Shown here: piece by piece, positions 44,520 to 58,550 of the stretch
How the letters are laid out: the number at the start of each line of letters is the position of its first letter
Numbering within the stretch: position 1 is the first letter of the stretch
Assembly (NCBI GenBank): GCA_000182565.2
Contig: KQ257454.1
Source of the DNA: Spizellomyces punctatus DAOM BR117
Lineage: Eukaryota
Length of the DNA stretch: 64,000 nucleotides
Direction: 5' to 3' (one strand)
The notes under the pieces: generated by a model
Database searches by the model: none
The model's input: the letters and a program-made list of their open reading frames with translations, nothing else
What the model was told of the DNA's origin: nothing
Position numbers and translations under genes: made by a program

Positions 44520-45700
44520 CGGCCCCCCCCCCCCCCCCCCCCCCCCAAACACATAAAACCATTAACCCACACCCACCCCACTCCCCCCCCCCCCGGCCCA
44601 ATTTTAAAAAAAGTTTTTTGCTTTGTGGGGGGGGGGGGTCCAAAAAACCTTTCCCCCTCCTTCCACACCCCTGGGTTTAATTTTTCCAAAAACCCAGTTG
44701 AAAGGGGGGGGGGAAAAAAAACCGGGTTTGGGGAAATTAAAACTATTCAAAAAAAAATTCCCCCTGGGTTTTTTAATAGCCCAAATTTTTTCCCCCCATT
44801 TTACGCCGGAGCGGGAATTTTCCTAAAAAAGAGGGGCCCCTTTCCCCATGTGGTGGGACCCGTCTCCCCCCCGCAAATCCCAACCTTGGACGCCGGGTAA
44901 AGCGGGGAAAAGTAACCCGGCTCTTTGGGCAATTTTGGGCCACCCCCAATAAAGGGTTCCCCCCTGCCTGACGAAGTTAGCTATTTAAGAGAAAACAACC
45001 CACCCGGAGTAAGAGTAAAACAAGCCAGGGGCAGAAAACACCTCCAACGGTAAAAGGAGCAAACCCCTTTCCCTCCCTTTTCTTTTGTCTTGAGNNNNNN
45101 NNNNNNNNNNNNNNNNNNNNNNNNNNNNNNNNNNNNNNNNNNNNNNNNNNNNNNNNNNNNNNNNNNNNNNNNNNNNNNNNNNNNNNNNNNNNNNNNNNNN
45201 NNNNNNNNNNNNNNNNNNNNNNNNNNNNNNNNNNNNNNNNNNNNNNNNNNNNNNNNNNNNNNNNNNNNNNNNNNNNNNNNNNNNNNNNNNNNNNNNNNNN
45301 NNNNNNNNNNNNNNNNNNNNNNNNNNNNNNNNNNNNNNNNNNNNNNNNNNNNNNNNNNNNNNNNNNNNNNNNNNNNNNNNNNNNNNNNNNNNNNNNNNNN
45401 NNNNNNNNNNNNNNNNNNNNNNNNNNNNNNNNNNNNNNNNNNNNNNNNNNNNNNNNNNNNNNNNNNNNNNNNNNNNNNNNNNNNNNNNNNNNNNNNNNNN
45501 NNNNNNNNNNNNNNNNNNNNNNNNNNNNNNNNNNNNNNNNNNNNNNNNNNNNNNNNNNNNNNNNNNNNNNNNNNNNNNNNNNNNNNNNNNNNNNNNNNNN
45601 NNNNNNNNNNNNNNNNNNNNNNNNNNNNNNNNNNNNNNNNNNNNNNNNNNNNNNNNNNNNNNNNNNNNNNNNNNNNNNNNNNNNNNNNNNNNNNNNNNNN
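44520..45700. other. Low-quality read tail after a poly-C run (44520-45094), then an assembly gap (45095-45700)
   Basis: Homopolymer-stuttered sequence immediately after a long C run, followed by N. Confidence 0.9.
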
Positions 45701-46323
45701 TGGCAAATGTGCCGGCCAGTCATAGCCAAGAACGTGACGAGTGTGGATTCGGTGATGCCCAGCCTAACGTCGTGCCGCTCGTGTTTTACGTGGTCAAGCG
45801 CCCGCCGCCCCCAGCAGACAACAAGCAGGCCGCCCCGGCAGCGGCACCCGCCGCCCCCGGCGCGAACGGCAAAGGCAATGGCAAGGGAACACAATTCATC
45901 ACCGGTCCTTGCTCGAGCGATGCTGACTGTGCCTCTGACTGCTGTGGCTTTAACTCTGGCAAATGTGCCGGCCCAGTCATAGCCCAAGAACGTGACGGAG
46001 GTTGTGGATTCGGTGATGCCCAACCTAACGACCGTGCCGCTCGTGTTTTCCGTGGTCAAGCGCCCGCCGCCCCAGCAGCCAAAAAGCAGGCCGCCCCGGC
46101 AGCGGCACCCGCCGCCCCCGGCGCCAAAAACAAAGGCAATGGCCAGGGAACACAATTCATCACTGGTCCTTGTGCGAGCGATGCTGACTGCGCTTCTGGG
46201 TGCTGTGGATTCAGAACTGGAAAGTGTGCTGGAGCGATCGTTGCTCAGGAACGTGACGGTGGATGCGGATTCGGCGATGCCCAGCCTAATGATCGCGCTG
46301 CTCGTAAGCTTCGTGGTCAGTAA
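45701..46323 (+). CDS. Partial Cys-rich repeat protein, BAS2-like (biotrophy-associated secreted protein 2) domains with Ala/Pro linkers
   Basis: Repeated GNGxGTQFITGPCxSDADCASxCCGFxxGKCAGxxxAQERDGGCGFGDAQPND: two complete units plus a third, error-prone one at the gap edge. The 5' end lies in the gap. Confidence 0.75.
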
Positions 46324-47484
46324 GGATGGTCACGTGGCTAACATTGGATATGGGAATGTAGTCTGATAGTGGTTGATGCAGCTAGCATAGCTCAAGTAGC
46401 CCTTGTAGGTAGGTCTTAGGTTGGGTTGGGAATATATAGGTGCGTGTACATAGTTCATGTTCACATTTCATAATGGAGAGATTTGTATTTTCACATTTGC
46501 TAGAAGCGCCCGCTAATTCTGCTGGTAACAAATAGACCAATTTATTAGAATGTCCATGTTCCTCTAAGAATTATTTCTCTCTTGACCTTCGGTTTCCTCA
46601 TGGTTGAATTCCGATAAGTAGGAGATATCCATTCGATTGTCGTCACCGTTAGGAACGGTCAACCGTTCCCCAACGAATTACCTCGGAACATAAAAAAGAA
46701 ACTCGGGATCTGGACACCCAAACGACACTTGTGCGTCACATCAGCTCTTTTGTCTTATGTGTGCAGGTTCAGCACCGGTGCTTTTAACACGAAACGGTTG
46801 GGGCTTCTATTATGCGATTGTTACCGTAATCAACCGAACCGCCGACCTTGTTTGCTACAAAGATCTCATGTACGCATCCACATCAATGATCCAATACTAA
46901 CGCTAACACGGTTCACAATCCTGATAGGTTTTGCTGCGATCTTTGTGACATCGATTCGGACAGAGTGAGTGCTTCATGTTACAACCCAATGACTTGCGGT
47001 TGGCTGCAGAGTGAGACGTCCCTTGCTCTTACGTTTTCCCACCAGTGATTGAGATTGACTGCATATATTAAGGGCTCGGCAGTACAGCTGCTTTTACCGC
47101 ATGCGAGCAAGCAAAGGAACACTGTGGCTCGCATTGTGAGGCAAGACGACGCAACAGGCATCAGACTGTTGCCCACTTATTAGCTTTAACCGAAAGAAGG
47201 TGTGCTAAGGTTGCTTGATATAATTGTCCGTCATTTCAGGATTTCCCTCTACAAAACATCGGCTGCGCAATCAATCCTCTGCCAATCACCCGTCCATCTC
47301 ATGGTCTTTTTGAAAAAGTTGGATATCGTCTTGACGTGCATTATTATCACTCTACACCCATAGCAGATGCCGCTATATTTACCATGTAACGTTCTTATTT
47401 ACACTATCCGCCTATCGTAATCAATTCCTTTTGCGCGCCGCACTCTACTAATATTGACAGTAAGTCAATAGGGCAACTCGGCTT

Positions 47485-50400
47485 TCAAATAATAGGAGCA
47501 ATCTCCATCGCAATGGCTCTCCCAGCTCCAGCATCTACTCTATCCAAAATCTCTAAATACTTCCGCTTAACTCTTTCTTGACCCTCAGCCTCCAGCATGG
47601 CTTTTCCCAGTGCTGTGCTAATTATGGATGACCACCCAAGCAGCACCCTGGCTGCAATCATGTCCACAAGCCTCCCTTCTCTCTCTCCCTCTATATTAAC
47701 ATCATCTCGAATATCATCCAGGAACCGCTGCACATAGTCTAGACCTAGCAGGAGAGGTGGTGCCCATTGCCATCTGTTCGGCGATTCGGATTCTTGAACA
47801 GGATCGAGGGCGGAGATAATTTGAGTCGCTATTTGAACGGGGCTGAGGGTTGAGTGTGGAGCGGCAAGGCAAGTTCGCATGTGGCGAATGTACGCCTCTG
47901 GATTAAGGACAGTAAAGCGCGGATATGAACTCAACAGCTCGTTGCCCAATTCGCTATACATGCGTTGTATTGCTGGAGTCATACGAGCATCTGTTTCCGT
48001 CGCTGTAGAGAGATGTAAGCACGCAAGTTAAAGCTGTGGCGCGAGTTATAGACCATTCAAAAGAGAAGAAAAGACGCACGCACCTTGGACCATACTTTTG
48101 AGGTACCCTCCCCAGTTTTCCAAAAGCCCCTGCCATCTGTGATGCATTTTCTTGGTTGTATCCTTCCCATCTCGGCCCTCAATATCACCTCCATCCGCAC
48201 CCACATCGCTGATAAAGCGAAATGTGACGCCAGCGACAATACTGAACGGAATGTCATGCTGCAGGACGAGCGGTGTTAAGTTGACGCTATGTAACCGCCC
48301 ATTCAGAATGGCCTCAATTACGATCACTGCCGCCGGGGACAAATCATGTTCCACAACTTTGAAGACTTCTGCACTTGTTTTGCAGGCAAACAATATCGCC
48401 GCGCGATGCACATACAAGACCAACCGCGACATAATAGTCTTTGCTTCCTGTAGATCGATTCGCCCTCGCACATATTGCGTGTGTAGAAAACCACAGATTT
48501 CTGACGGCAGACGTGCAAAAGTAATGTCTGGATTCGCCATGACAATGTGCAGCAAGATGTCGGCGTCAGGTCCTTCCCATCCAGCTGCCTTTGCTCGTAT
48601 AAATAAAGGCATGAGGAGGTTAGGTCCTCGACGAAGGTTTGACACATCCAGAAGACCCTTATGAGACTCCATCGTATGAGATTGCATAATAGCCTCAATT
48701 ATCGTTGCGATTCCTTTCCACTCTCTCCTGTAGAACACTTGTGTTTCACGGTCATTTGAGCTAATGCGCTCTACAAATCTTGTGGCAAGACCCCGAAGAT
48801 GGTCTCCACTAGACTCGTTGTCCCACAACGCTGGAAGACCACCCATTCCCAGACATGCTAGCTGAATGGAATCAAGAAACACGAATTGGCCCACCTCCCC
48901 TTCCCCTTGGAGCACTATCTCAAGAACGGCCTGCTTCGTTGCGATGGTAGGCATAGCGGTTACAAGTCTCAACACTCTCTCCACAGCATATGACGGATCC
49001 TCGGCATACATGTTGGCATACACAACGAGATGCTCTAGTATTTCCAATATTTGAGGCTTGATTTCGGACTGAGGTATGTCCAATGTTGGCTGAAATAATG
49101 CAAACTCCCGATCAAGTATCGTACGCCAGAAGAAGTCCTGCAGATTGTGATCTTTCAAAGGTCGGACAAGTTCTACTCGATTTGTTGCATCGCACCAATC
49201 CGAGATTCTCAAAAATAGATATTCTGATTCCAGGCAAAGCTGCTGGATTCTTGTTCGCGCCAACTTTCGTCGATGTCTGCTTTCACCGGCATCCGCCAGT
49301 ACCTCAGCTAGCATATCAACAATAGCTATCAGCTCACGCCATGGCCCGGTCGGAGAGCTGTCCCTTGCGGCACACTCGCCAAGACCAGTCATCAACGTCT
49401 GCCATAGTCCTAACATTGAATCATCCAACATGATCCTTGTTGCGGCCGATCTCCATTCAGTCGCCAATGAATGGGCATTCTGCGGTGTTATCCACGAAGA
49501 ATTAATCGTTTGATACGCTAAGTGTTTTACCAACCGTGCATTCTCCCGTCCAGGGTCTTTTTCATCGATCTCAATTTGGGAACACAAAGGCCGAAGAGCA
49601 ATGTCAAGATACCGTGATTGCTGGCCTTTCTCAATCTGAATAAAGGCAATATTTGAGAGTGTTGAGCTATGAACCCATCCTTTGCGGAGAATCCCACTGT
49701 CCATAAATTGAGCTCCGCACGGAATTGCCGCCAGCAAAGGTATTGCCGCTCCGGTGGCTCTATGCTTTGCATCTGCTGCGGCATCTGCCACGATGGTCCA
49801 AGCCATATTGTTTACTTGCGGATCCATGACCTCCCAACCACCAGTGCTAATAATCCGAATAGCAACTTGTAACACTACCATCCGTACATCAATGTGTAGT
49901 GAATCTCTTTGCCATAAATTCATGAGCAGTGCTCTGCATTCCGAATTTCGAATGTACTCCGAAGCCAGTCGTACCAGCTCTTTTTGAACTGTCACTCGCT
50001 GCTGTTTCGAGGGCGGGTGGGGAAATAGTGGCACAATATAATCTGATACCTTTTCGATGGGTACAAAATTCAGGGACTGTTTGGCAGCATGAACTGACGT
50101 GCGAGCCAGATCAGAGGACAGGTACCCCGGCGCCAACAGTAGCTGAATACCGCAGGCCGGCTCTACCATCCGTGGAAGGAACATTAAAATCGCTTCAGCG
50201 ACGCGAGAGGGAAGACGGGGGGTGGCAAGAAGATCTGCAAGATGCGATAGATTCGTAACAGGAAGCTGCGCGTACTTCTCTGCAGAATCAATGCGTTGGC
50301 TAATGGGCAGAGAGGAATCCTTTGTAATAGAAAGATATCTCTGAGCAAGAAGTCGACACTGACGCGGGAAAAGACGAGAAGGAAATGCCGGATTGAGTGG

Positions 50401-53400
50401 GACCGGAGCAGTCGCACCTGTTGAGTTCCGCATCTGATTAAAGACACCCGAAAAATGTTCCCGTCCTGTCAGATACGCCTCTTTGAGCAAATCTTGACGG
50501 AAGTCACATAGGTGCGTTTGAACCTGTTCCAAAGCAATTGCCGATGGGGAGATTGCCACGAGCGCGACGACTAATGCGTCTGTTCGCTTAAAGTCCACTT
50601 TTCCTTCCAACGATTGACATTCATTGAAAAGGGCGTTGACTTCCTCCACGGCGTAAGTAGATTCGAGGCGCAGAGTACGGAAGGTATTATACCATGGCAG
50701 CATAACGCGATTTTTTCGTATCCAGGGTTGATCAAAGAGGGAAGACAGAGTCATGATGAGTTCACGGGGATCTCTCCAGTGGGGCGTGTCCTCCTTGTTT
50801 CTGGTAATCCAAGTAGCAGACCAATCGAGCACTGTTTCCCCTCCACCCACTAAAACACGAGGAGCAGACTGCAGTTCTTCCAAAAGCGAATCCGCGTATG
50901 ACAGGAGTGTACGAGATAGTACCCAACGAACCCCAAGCGCCTTGGCAGCGTCCAAACAAACCTGTCTAAACAAAAGACTTCTCTCGCAATTCGCGGCGTC
51001 GTTCACCTTAAACCTATCTCTATATAACCCAATCACAGCTGTGACGAACTCTTCTTCTTTTCCATACCGTATGGAGGCGAGGCCCCACCTATACCTCTGC
51101 TTTCCTGTTCCTAAATCCTCGCCAACGGTCCTGCTCAAGCGTACCGCTTTTCGCCGTAAAAATTCGCAATTTTCACTTCGTTCGGAGAGAGCGCCACAAT
51201 AATATTTGGGCTCGACAAGGGGAATATTGAACTGATGGATCGCCTGGCCCTCACCAGCCGTGTGCAGTACGCGCCTCCAAGCGATTTCCACACCAAAGCA
51301 AAAAAGAGGGTGTAACGGAGTTGAAATGAATCTTGCAATAGCTTCATTGGCAATGTTAGATATGAATCCCGCGAGCGGCCAGACGATTGTTACCGCTGAG
51401 AAGTTCTGTAGACGACTAGAAGTGAGCTAAATGCTCTCCAAACTGCTTTGTTGGTTTAATTACCTGTGCATCCAACTTCAAATATAGCGCAGCCAGTTCC
51501 TTGGCCTCATCCTCCATAGCATCATCAAGACATTGTTTTGGCACTGTTCCACTCCATCCCTCCCAATTCAGATGCGGTACCAACATGAGCAGGTTTGGAT
51601 GAATCTCGTTGGTCATTCTGTTCGAAAGATTTATCAGTAATGTAACAAGTTGCCACTCTACAGCTCAGCCGAATACCGACCTTGGCACCATAAACTTCAG
51701 CGCCTCAATCCACGCCCTTACGCTTCGCCGCTTACGGGCGGCATTCAACAAGACCTTGTACACGTTCAGCCGATCTTCGAATACCGCTTTTTTCGCCGCT
51801 TTCTGAAACTCCTCGCGAACATCCCAGCGTTCAACATCGAGATACTGACCAATCATTTGACGATCAGCGTCCGTTGCATCTTCATGATTATACATTCTCC
51901 AGGCGACTTCATGCCGCAGCTCCGGTGTCGGTGCCAGCACATCCAATGCGGCAAGGATGATTCCGGGCTCGCTTTTGAACATTGAAAGGTTGATTTTGTC
52001 TCGGATAAGAAAGAACAATTCTTCCCTCTGTCTATTCGTCAAGAAAACTCGCTTTTCTTTCGTAAGAGATGGCTGTGCAAAACGAAACGAAATCTCCCAC
52101 TTCGAAGGGGTTGCGATCTTTCCTTGGGCTATATTCGTCCAATATTCCATTGCTCTTATATTAATATTGGGTGGGTAATATTTTAGTAGAGCATTGAAGG
52201 CAGTTTGGTTTGAGAACGGCGGCACAGATGAGAAGGGTGAGTCTACGTCGTCGTTGGGAAAGTCAAAGATGCTTGGCGAAGTTGGCGCAAGAAGGCGAAC
52301 GACCAAAGATCCAATACACGCTACCCACGGCTGAACACCGGTACCTGATGGCCAGAAGATGCTCTGAACTAGGCTAAACAGTTCTTCTGCCAACGGAGGA
52401 TAGGCATCTAAAGCATTGATGTCGATAAGCAGAAAAATGCTTTTATAGAGGAGCTTGTGGAACCCATAGTCGTTGGTGCATAGCAATGGTAAAACTGCCA
52501 TAGCTCGTTTGACAATAGCTGTTAGAAGAGTTGAGTACATCTGGTGAAACATATCAGTAGCTGACACTCTGTCGCGACGGGTGGAGGTCGTAATGAGGCG
52601 ATTGCCGAGAATATTGAGCCCCCCGACTGCGAAACGGAAAATGTTATGCACTTCTTTCTTCGATGAAGCGGGAATGGATTTTGATTGAGACTCTGGAAGG
52701 AAGTTGATCGCTGCGCGGATCAGCCGCATCTACGGGATAGAATTGTAACTAATGGGTGAAACTCACTCCTAATGACAATTGGTAAACCTACCAGCACAGG
52801 TGCGCGACAGATGAAGAGTTGTTCTGCTGGTAGAAGTCCGGCTTTCAGCAGAGCTCCATTGCCCACGCTCATCAAACTTTCCACCAAGTCGCCAACTAGC
52901 CCTGTCTGATCGGGTTGATTCCTCCAAAACTTTTGAACCTGCTTGCTACTCGTGAGTAGTTTGAAGGTATCCTGAAGAATGTATCTACTTTGTTCTCCAC
53001 TGCCCTCTACGGCCCACGACGTGTTTTGCAGGATCTTCATTATCCGAGGTGGGTCCGCAAGAAGTAGCGGAACGAAAAGTCTTTTCAAGATGTAAGCCAA
53101 CATGGGAAAGCGCGAAGTTGGGTCATGGACGCCACCAAAGAATAGAGGCGGGTATTCTTCTTGCAAGCGAAGGAGGGTATCAGACAGAGGCCCGTTCAAA
53201 GTAAATACCGGGTCATGTTGATGCTGCACCTGATGTCTACCCTTTACACTAGCAAAGGCTGACCTAGAAAAGCTGAGTCGTAAGAAACTCCAAAAATGTA
53301 ACACCATAAAATTCAGCACGTACTGATATGACATCCAAACTTTGGCCCGATCCCATTCGTTTGACGCTTTTAAATCACGCTCCAACCGCACACAAACTGG

Positions 53401-54052
53401 AACAATTGGCTCCTTTATTTCGAAAGCGGGGTTCTCGCCAAGCAGCTTGTTGACTAGATCAGGACGGGAGGATTTCCTAAGGGCTTCAATTAGAGGCTTC
53501 TGTACTGCGGGAACACATTTCGCATAAACTGCAGTCAGCTGCGTATCTGATGCTTTGCGAGCACAGTATGTGATGACTCGAGGTTTTCCGATTGTCGAAG
53601 GATCAACGAGGTTCTGTGAAGGTTACGTAGCATATGTTACTCCAATTTCAATCAGACGCAAAGGCAGACATCCTATCCGCGTCACAAACCTCGAGTAACA
53701 GATCCATCTGATTCCCTGCAATTGTGGCCATAGCCAGAGCTGCTTCGCGCTGAAAATACTTGGCGGCCGCGTCTGTCTGAGGGACAATCAAATTTCTATA
53801 TACCATGTTGGGTACGGGGATGCCGCCGTCAGCCTCTAGGTCACTGTTGGCTTCTGTCGGTTGAACTATCGGAATGGAATAAACCACGGGCTTTGTAGTC
53901 AGCAACAGCTTAATTAGTGTAGACAGAGCATCGTCGTCTCTGTAGACATGGGCAAGCCTTGCGGTAAGTTGCCCGCGTGCTGAGTAAGAACGGGACTCAA
54001 GCAGAGCCATAAAGTCGTTCTCAGATTGGGGGAGGGGAGGATGAAAGGTCAT
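47485..54052 (-). CDS. Large (~2000 aa) multi-exon hypothetical protein, probably alpha-helical
   Basis: Collinear minus-strand ORFs 53648-54052, 52720-53391, 51665-52729, 51416-51616, 48046-51291 and 47485-47982 are separated by short GT-AG introns (e.g. GTAGGT...CCCGTAG before 52729). No catalytic motif recognised. Confidence 0.8.
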
Positions 54053-56208
54053 CGTTCTGGAATGATGGCAACTTTGTAAACTGGAAAAGCTCTCCGCTCG
54101 CCTGCAGAATCGATGAACGACAAAATAAAGGTGGATAGTTAGTTCTCTTGGGGATAACTCTCCAGTATGTGACTCCGCCGTAGTCACCACCTCTCGTAAG
54201 CGGGGTATGGCGCAGTCAGGACAAATGCCATCAGGACTGGGTCTGGGACTGGTCGCCCAAAGTGCAAAATGCTGCATCGCCAATCACAATGTAATACATT
54301 TGAGAAGGATCACATTCTCGGTTGGGACCATCACATGCTATGAACATCTTGGAGAGCAGGAACCGAGACCCGACTTTGAATTGAGGCATTTGTTAAAAGT
54401 GGTCTGCGTTCCATGAGACCATCTTGACCATCCTGGTATGGCTGCCTATCATAGATCATATGATAACTGACATTGGCTTAGTGGTAAATGGAGAGAACGA
54501 AGAAGGAACCAGACGATCGACATTCTCGAATCCGGCGAGTTTTTCGAGTGTTTGTTTTGGGGTTTTAAATGTTTCTAATGGGGTTTGTTCTGGGGCGTGG
54601 GTGTTGGGGATTATGAAGGTGACAAAGTGATATTCGTGGGATTGTGTATCAGTGTCATTATCGATTTGTGATTGAGCCATTTGGTCAGATGTCCTTAATC
54701 CCGACCTCCCTACTCTCCATTACCTCGCAGCACCTTATCAAACGCTCATTAAGATGCAGTATCATTCACGCTAACTATCGATAACGTTCGCAGTTCGCAA
54801 ACTGCCGGGGATGTCTTCGGGCGAAACTTTCGTCGTCGTTAAGTCGCTCTCTATGTGCTCCACTCCACCTTGTACCACGTTCCATCTACTTCCATATAGT
54901 ATGTCGCAGAATGTTCGATGTTGCGGAATATATGGACGCGTTGGACCAGTTGACGGACGAGATGGGAGACGCATTGAAGGCGGAATGGCTCTCATCGACT
55001 CCTCGGGATGCTGGGCAGAGAAATTATCGGGACCATGCTCGTAGAAAAGATGCCATTCATTTTTATCGTTTCCGCAGAGCAGGTAACTTGTTGCTATCTT
55101 TGACCCGTGGCCGGTCTCGAAGCAGGAAGGAATCATGCGAACCTTGATTCGGTAGCATCCCCGCGGGTAGATATTGTCCCCCGATGTATTGTTTATTTCA
55201 TGGGGAACAACCGCGACATGTGCTGGAATGAAACAGTGTTGTAACATAGGGTTGGTTAACCCAAGCTTCATTCTGTTGAGAGATATTTGCAGTTGCTCGA
55301 TGATATGATCCCTATGCTCCTTCAGCGCGTGGGATGTTATGCAGTAACTGAGCTCGGCCGAGGACCTCTTGCGGAATAATACCGTTTACCACCGGTGCTG
55401 TACATTATCGACATGGTCCCGTCGTCCTCGTAGTTCACATCCACTACTTCTAATACAGTAGAAAGTGGCGTATGTCGTCTCTCTTTTTTCCGTTGAACAC
55501 CTCCGCGCACATGGTTCCCTTCAGAAAGCTACCCCACAGTTAAACATGCTGCGCAACAAGACACATACTATGGTAAAACAAGTATTGTTAAGCGATAGCC
55601 CTTAAGGATTATCAGATAATCAGCCATGGCCTTCCATGGGATGTCTTCTACAATCACCAAAGAGATTAACCGAGTGAGATCCTTGAATTGACGCACCAAT
55701 CCGTACGGCGTGAGTTGCCACTTGAGGCGGGTGGCTCAAAACCCCACATTGCTGACTCATCGTTCAAACAACCAAACTCTTGCGTAATATACCCAAATAT
55801 GGTAATGCAGATTTCACACGTTTTGCAAAAAAAAATTGAGCCGACCCAAAGGGAATAAAAATCGGAAGCCTTTAAAGTCCCCCCCCCCCCCCCTTTCCAG
55901 AGTTTTAGACGAGCACGTTGAGCGTTGGGATAGAGTGATTGGACCGACCAGCTTCCAGAGGTATGGCTATCGATTCTGTTTATGTGAGCAAGTGGTACAG
56001 ATGGGAGTAATGAGATGGGCGGAGTTTGAAAGCGCGGGGACATGATGGGGATTATGGAATGATGACTCTGGGCGGAACTTGTTCTGAAAAAAAAAAAGGA
56101 ACATTACCATGTTCTGTATAAAATGCGGAACATTCTTATAGATCACTGATCCGTATTTCTTCTCTTCACTCGTTTTCAGCATCCAACTGCACTCGCTCAA
56201 CTACCAAT

Positions 56209-57863
56209 ATGTCCACGACGCGCGCGGCGACGTTCGCACATCTTGATGAAGCCCGTCTGGGATGGTTTCACATCCGGTCTATTCTTGTCGCGGGGGCAGG
56301 GTTTTTTGGTGATGCGTACGATATCTTCGTGATTGGGTTGGCGCTACCAATGATCTATCGGTACGTTTTTCTAGTTTTGGTTGTAGTAATCGTTCTAACT
56401 TTAAGATGCTAACTTTTGAATGTTTCAGCGTGTACTATCCACCTGCGGATGGAAACAAACTTAAAGGTTCCAGCTTTGGGGCGGACCACCCACACATTGA
56501 TGCTCTTCTCAAGGCATCTACAAACTGGGGAAACCTCGTTGGACAGCTTAGCTTTGGTTACCTCGGTGACAAACTTGGCCGTAAAAAGGTTTACGGTGTG
56601 GAAATCATCATCATGATGGTCGCGATTCTCGGATCCACTCTCGCTTGTTCCACCGTTCGTGGCATGGGCGTGCTAACCATGCTCGGATTGTGGCGGTTCG
56701 TTTTGGGGATCGGTATTGGTGGAGATTATCCCATGTCGGCCACCATCACATCTGAATTCGCTCAAGTTCGGTACCGAGGCATGATGATCGCTGCCGTGTT
56801 CGCCATGCAAGGAATCGGTATTCTTGTCGGGGGATTGGTGACGCTGATTGCTTTGGCGGCCTTCCAGAACTTGATCCGGGAGGACCCACTGTACCTTGAC
56901 TATGTGTGGCGTATCATGCTTGGATTCGGTATCGTTCCGTGTGTCGCCACAGTTTATTTCCGTCTCACCATGCCAGAAACACCTCGGTTCAGTGCGCACG
57001 TCAAGGGTGATCACGAAGCCGCGCAGCGGGACATTCAAAAGCTGACCCACCCAGAAGCCCAAACCGGCAAGGGCGACGACATTACGGTCAACCAACCTCT
57101 CCAACCTGTAGAACCTGTCCCCACGGAGCGTAAAGTTAATTTCCAGCAATACTTTAGCCAACCGAAAAACGCAAAACTGCTTTTCGCAACTGCGTACTGC
57201 TGGTTTGCCCTTGATATTGCTTGGTACGGTCTTTCCCTCAACCTCCCCGTCGTCCTCGAGCTCATCGACTACTCTGGTCATGGAGGCGACCAGTACGATT
57301 CCTTCTGGGCCAAAGCAGTAGGAAACATTATTGTGGCTTGTATGGGTACTGTTCCTGGGTACTGGGTTACAGTGGCCTTGATTGAAAAATTGGGCCGCAA
57401 GCCGATCCAATATGTGGGCTTTAGTGTCATTACCATCATCCTAGCCATTCTTGCTGGTGCTTGGGACCAGATTTTGAAAAAGGGAGATGACGGACACTAC
57501 ACAAGTTCCTCAAAAGCCATTTTCTTGACCCTGTATACCATCGCCCAATTCTTTTTCAACTTTGGGCCGAACGAGACGACCTTTATCTACCCCGCCGAAA
57601 TCTTTCCAACCCGCTTCCGTTCCCGAGCTCACGGACTCTCCTCTGCAGCCGGTAAATGCGGTGCCATCGTCGGCATCCAAGCCGTCGGACCCTTCTTTTT
57701 TGATCATCCCAAGATTGTCTTGGCGGTGTTTGCGGCAGTCATGGCTTCCGGATTCTTTACAACATTTTTGTTGCCTGAACCCAAGGGAAAGACTTTGGAA
57801 GAGTTGACGGATACGCATGATGATAGTGTACCTGAGGACGAGGTGATGAAAATAGAGGTGTAG
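56209..57863 (+). CDS. PHO84: High-affinity phosphate:H+ symporter (MFS)
   Basis: WFHIRSILVAGAGFFGDAYDIF, GDKLGRKKVYG, GIGIGGDYPMSATITSE, AAVFAMQG, MPETPR, DIAWYG and QFFFNFGPNETTFIYPAEIFPTRFRS. One intron at ~56361-56428. Confidence 0.95.
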
Positions 57864-58381
57864 ATTGATGGGTAGGGTTGCTCAGTAGAGCGTGTGGTAT
57901 TTACCTGCGGATAGTTACCGTTGCCACCAAGTATAACTCTTACATATTTAGATTCTTGTGTAGAAAGGATCTTCAAAACCCCATTTTGTTGAAACGCTAA
58001 TACATGTGCCTTATTACATTTTGAGTAAAATGCACTTTCAGTCGTTTCAGCAGAGTCTTTTCGGTCATGCTTTCATTATCGATGAATGGGTTGGAATCGT
58101 TTACAGTTCACTTGCACAATACACAAAAACCTCAAAAGTGGCGAGATGAAAAAAGCACTTATTAGCCACTGATTATCCATGCACTTGGCTTGCCCTGCCC
58201 ATTGTGAAACTGGCTAGGAAAACGGTGATGTTGGCCATCGCTTGGTGTAGAGGGGTTGCCGCATGGAAATTTTTACAAGGTTTGAGTGTTCAATGTTCAA
58301 AAAGTGTCTGCCCCTGTAATCTGCAAAGACAACAATCCTGTAGTTCCGTTCTTGTATGAATGGGCAAATGGTATTAGAAAG

Positions 58382-58535
58382 GGGTAATAGGTGTTGGAAA
58401 GTATCTGCAAGTCAAATCTATGTATTTTCACTCTTGTGTGGATGGGTAATAGGTGTTGGCAAGGCAATCTACTGTATATATCTGCAAGGCATCTATGTGT
58501 GTATGGGTAATAGGTGTTTCTACAAGGCAATCTAC
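58382..58535. repeat. Three ~61-bp degenerate tandem units with core GGGTAATAGGTGTT
   Basis: Core at ~58382, ~58444 and ~58505, with shared CAAGGCAATCTA / ATCTGCAAG sub-motifs. Confidence 0.85.
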
Positions 58536-58550
58536 ACTGCAGTTCAATCG

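Noticed and set aside
44358-45094. Pro/Gly/Lys/Phe-rich ORFs
   Set aside because: They derive from homopolymer-stuttered, low-quality sequence next to the gap.
54424-55271. Short ORFs on both strands (e.g. 54771..55271 -, 54911..55147 +, 54456..54680 -)
   Set aside because: Some look protein-like, but I could not build a consistent gene model or assign a family.
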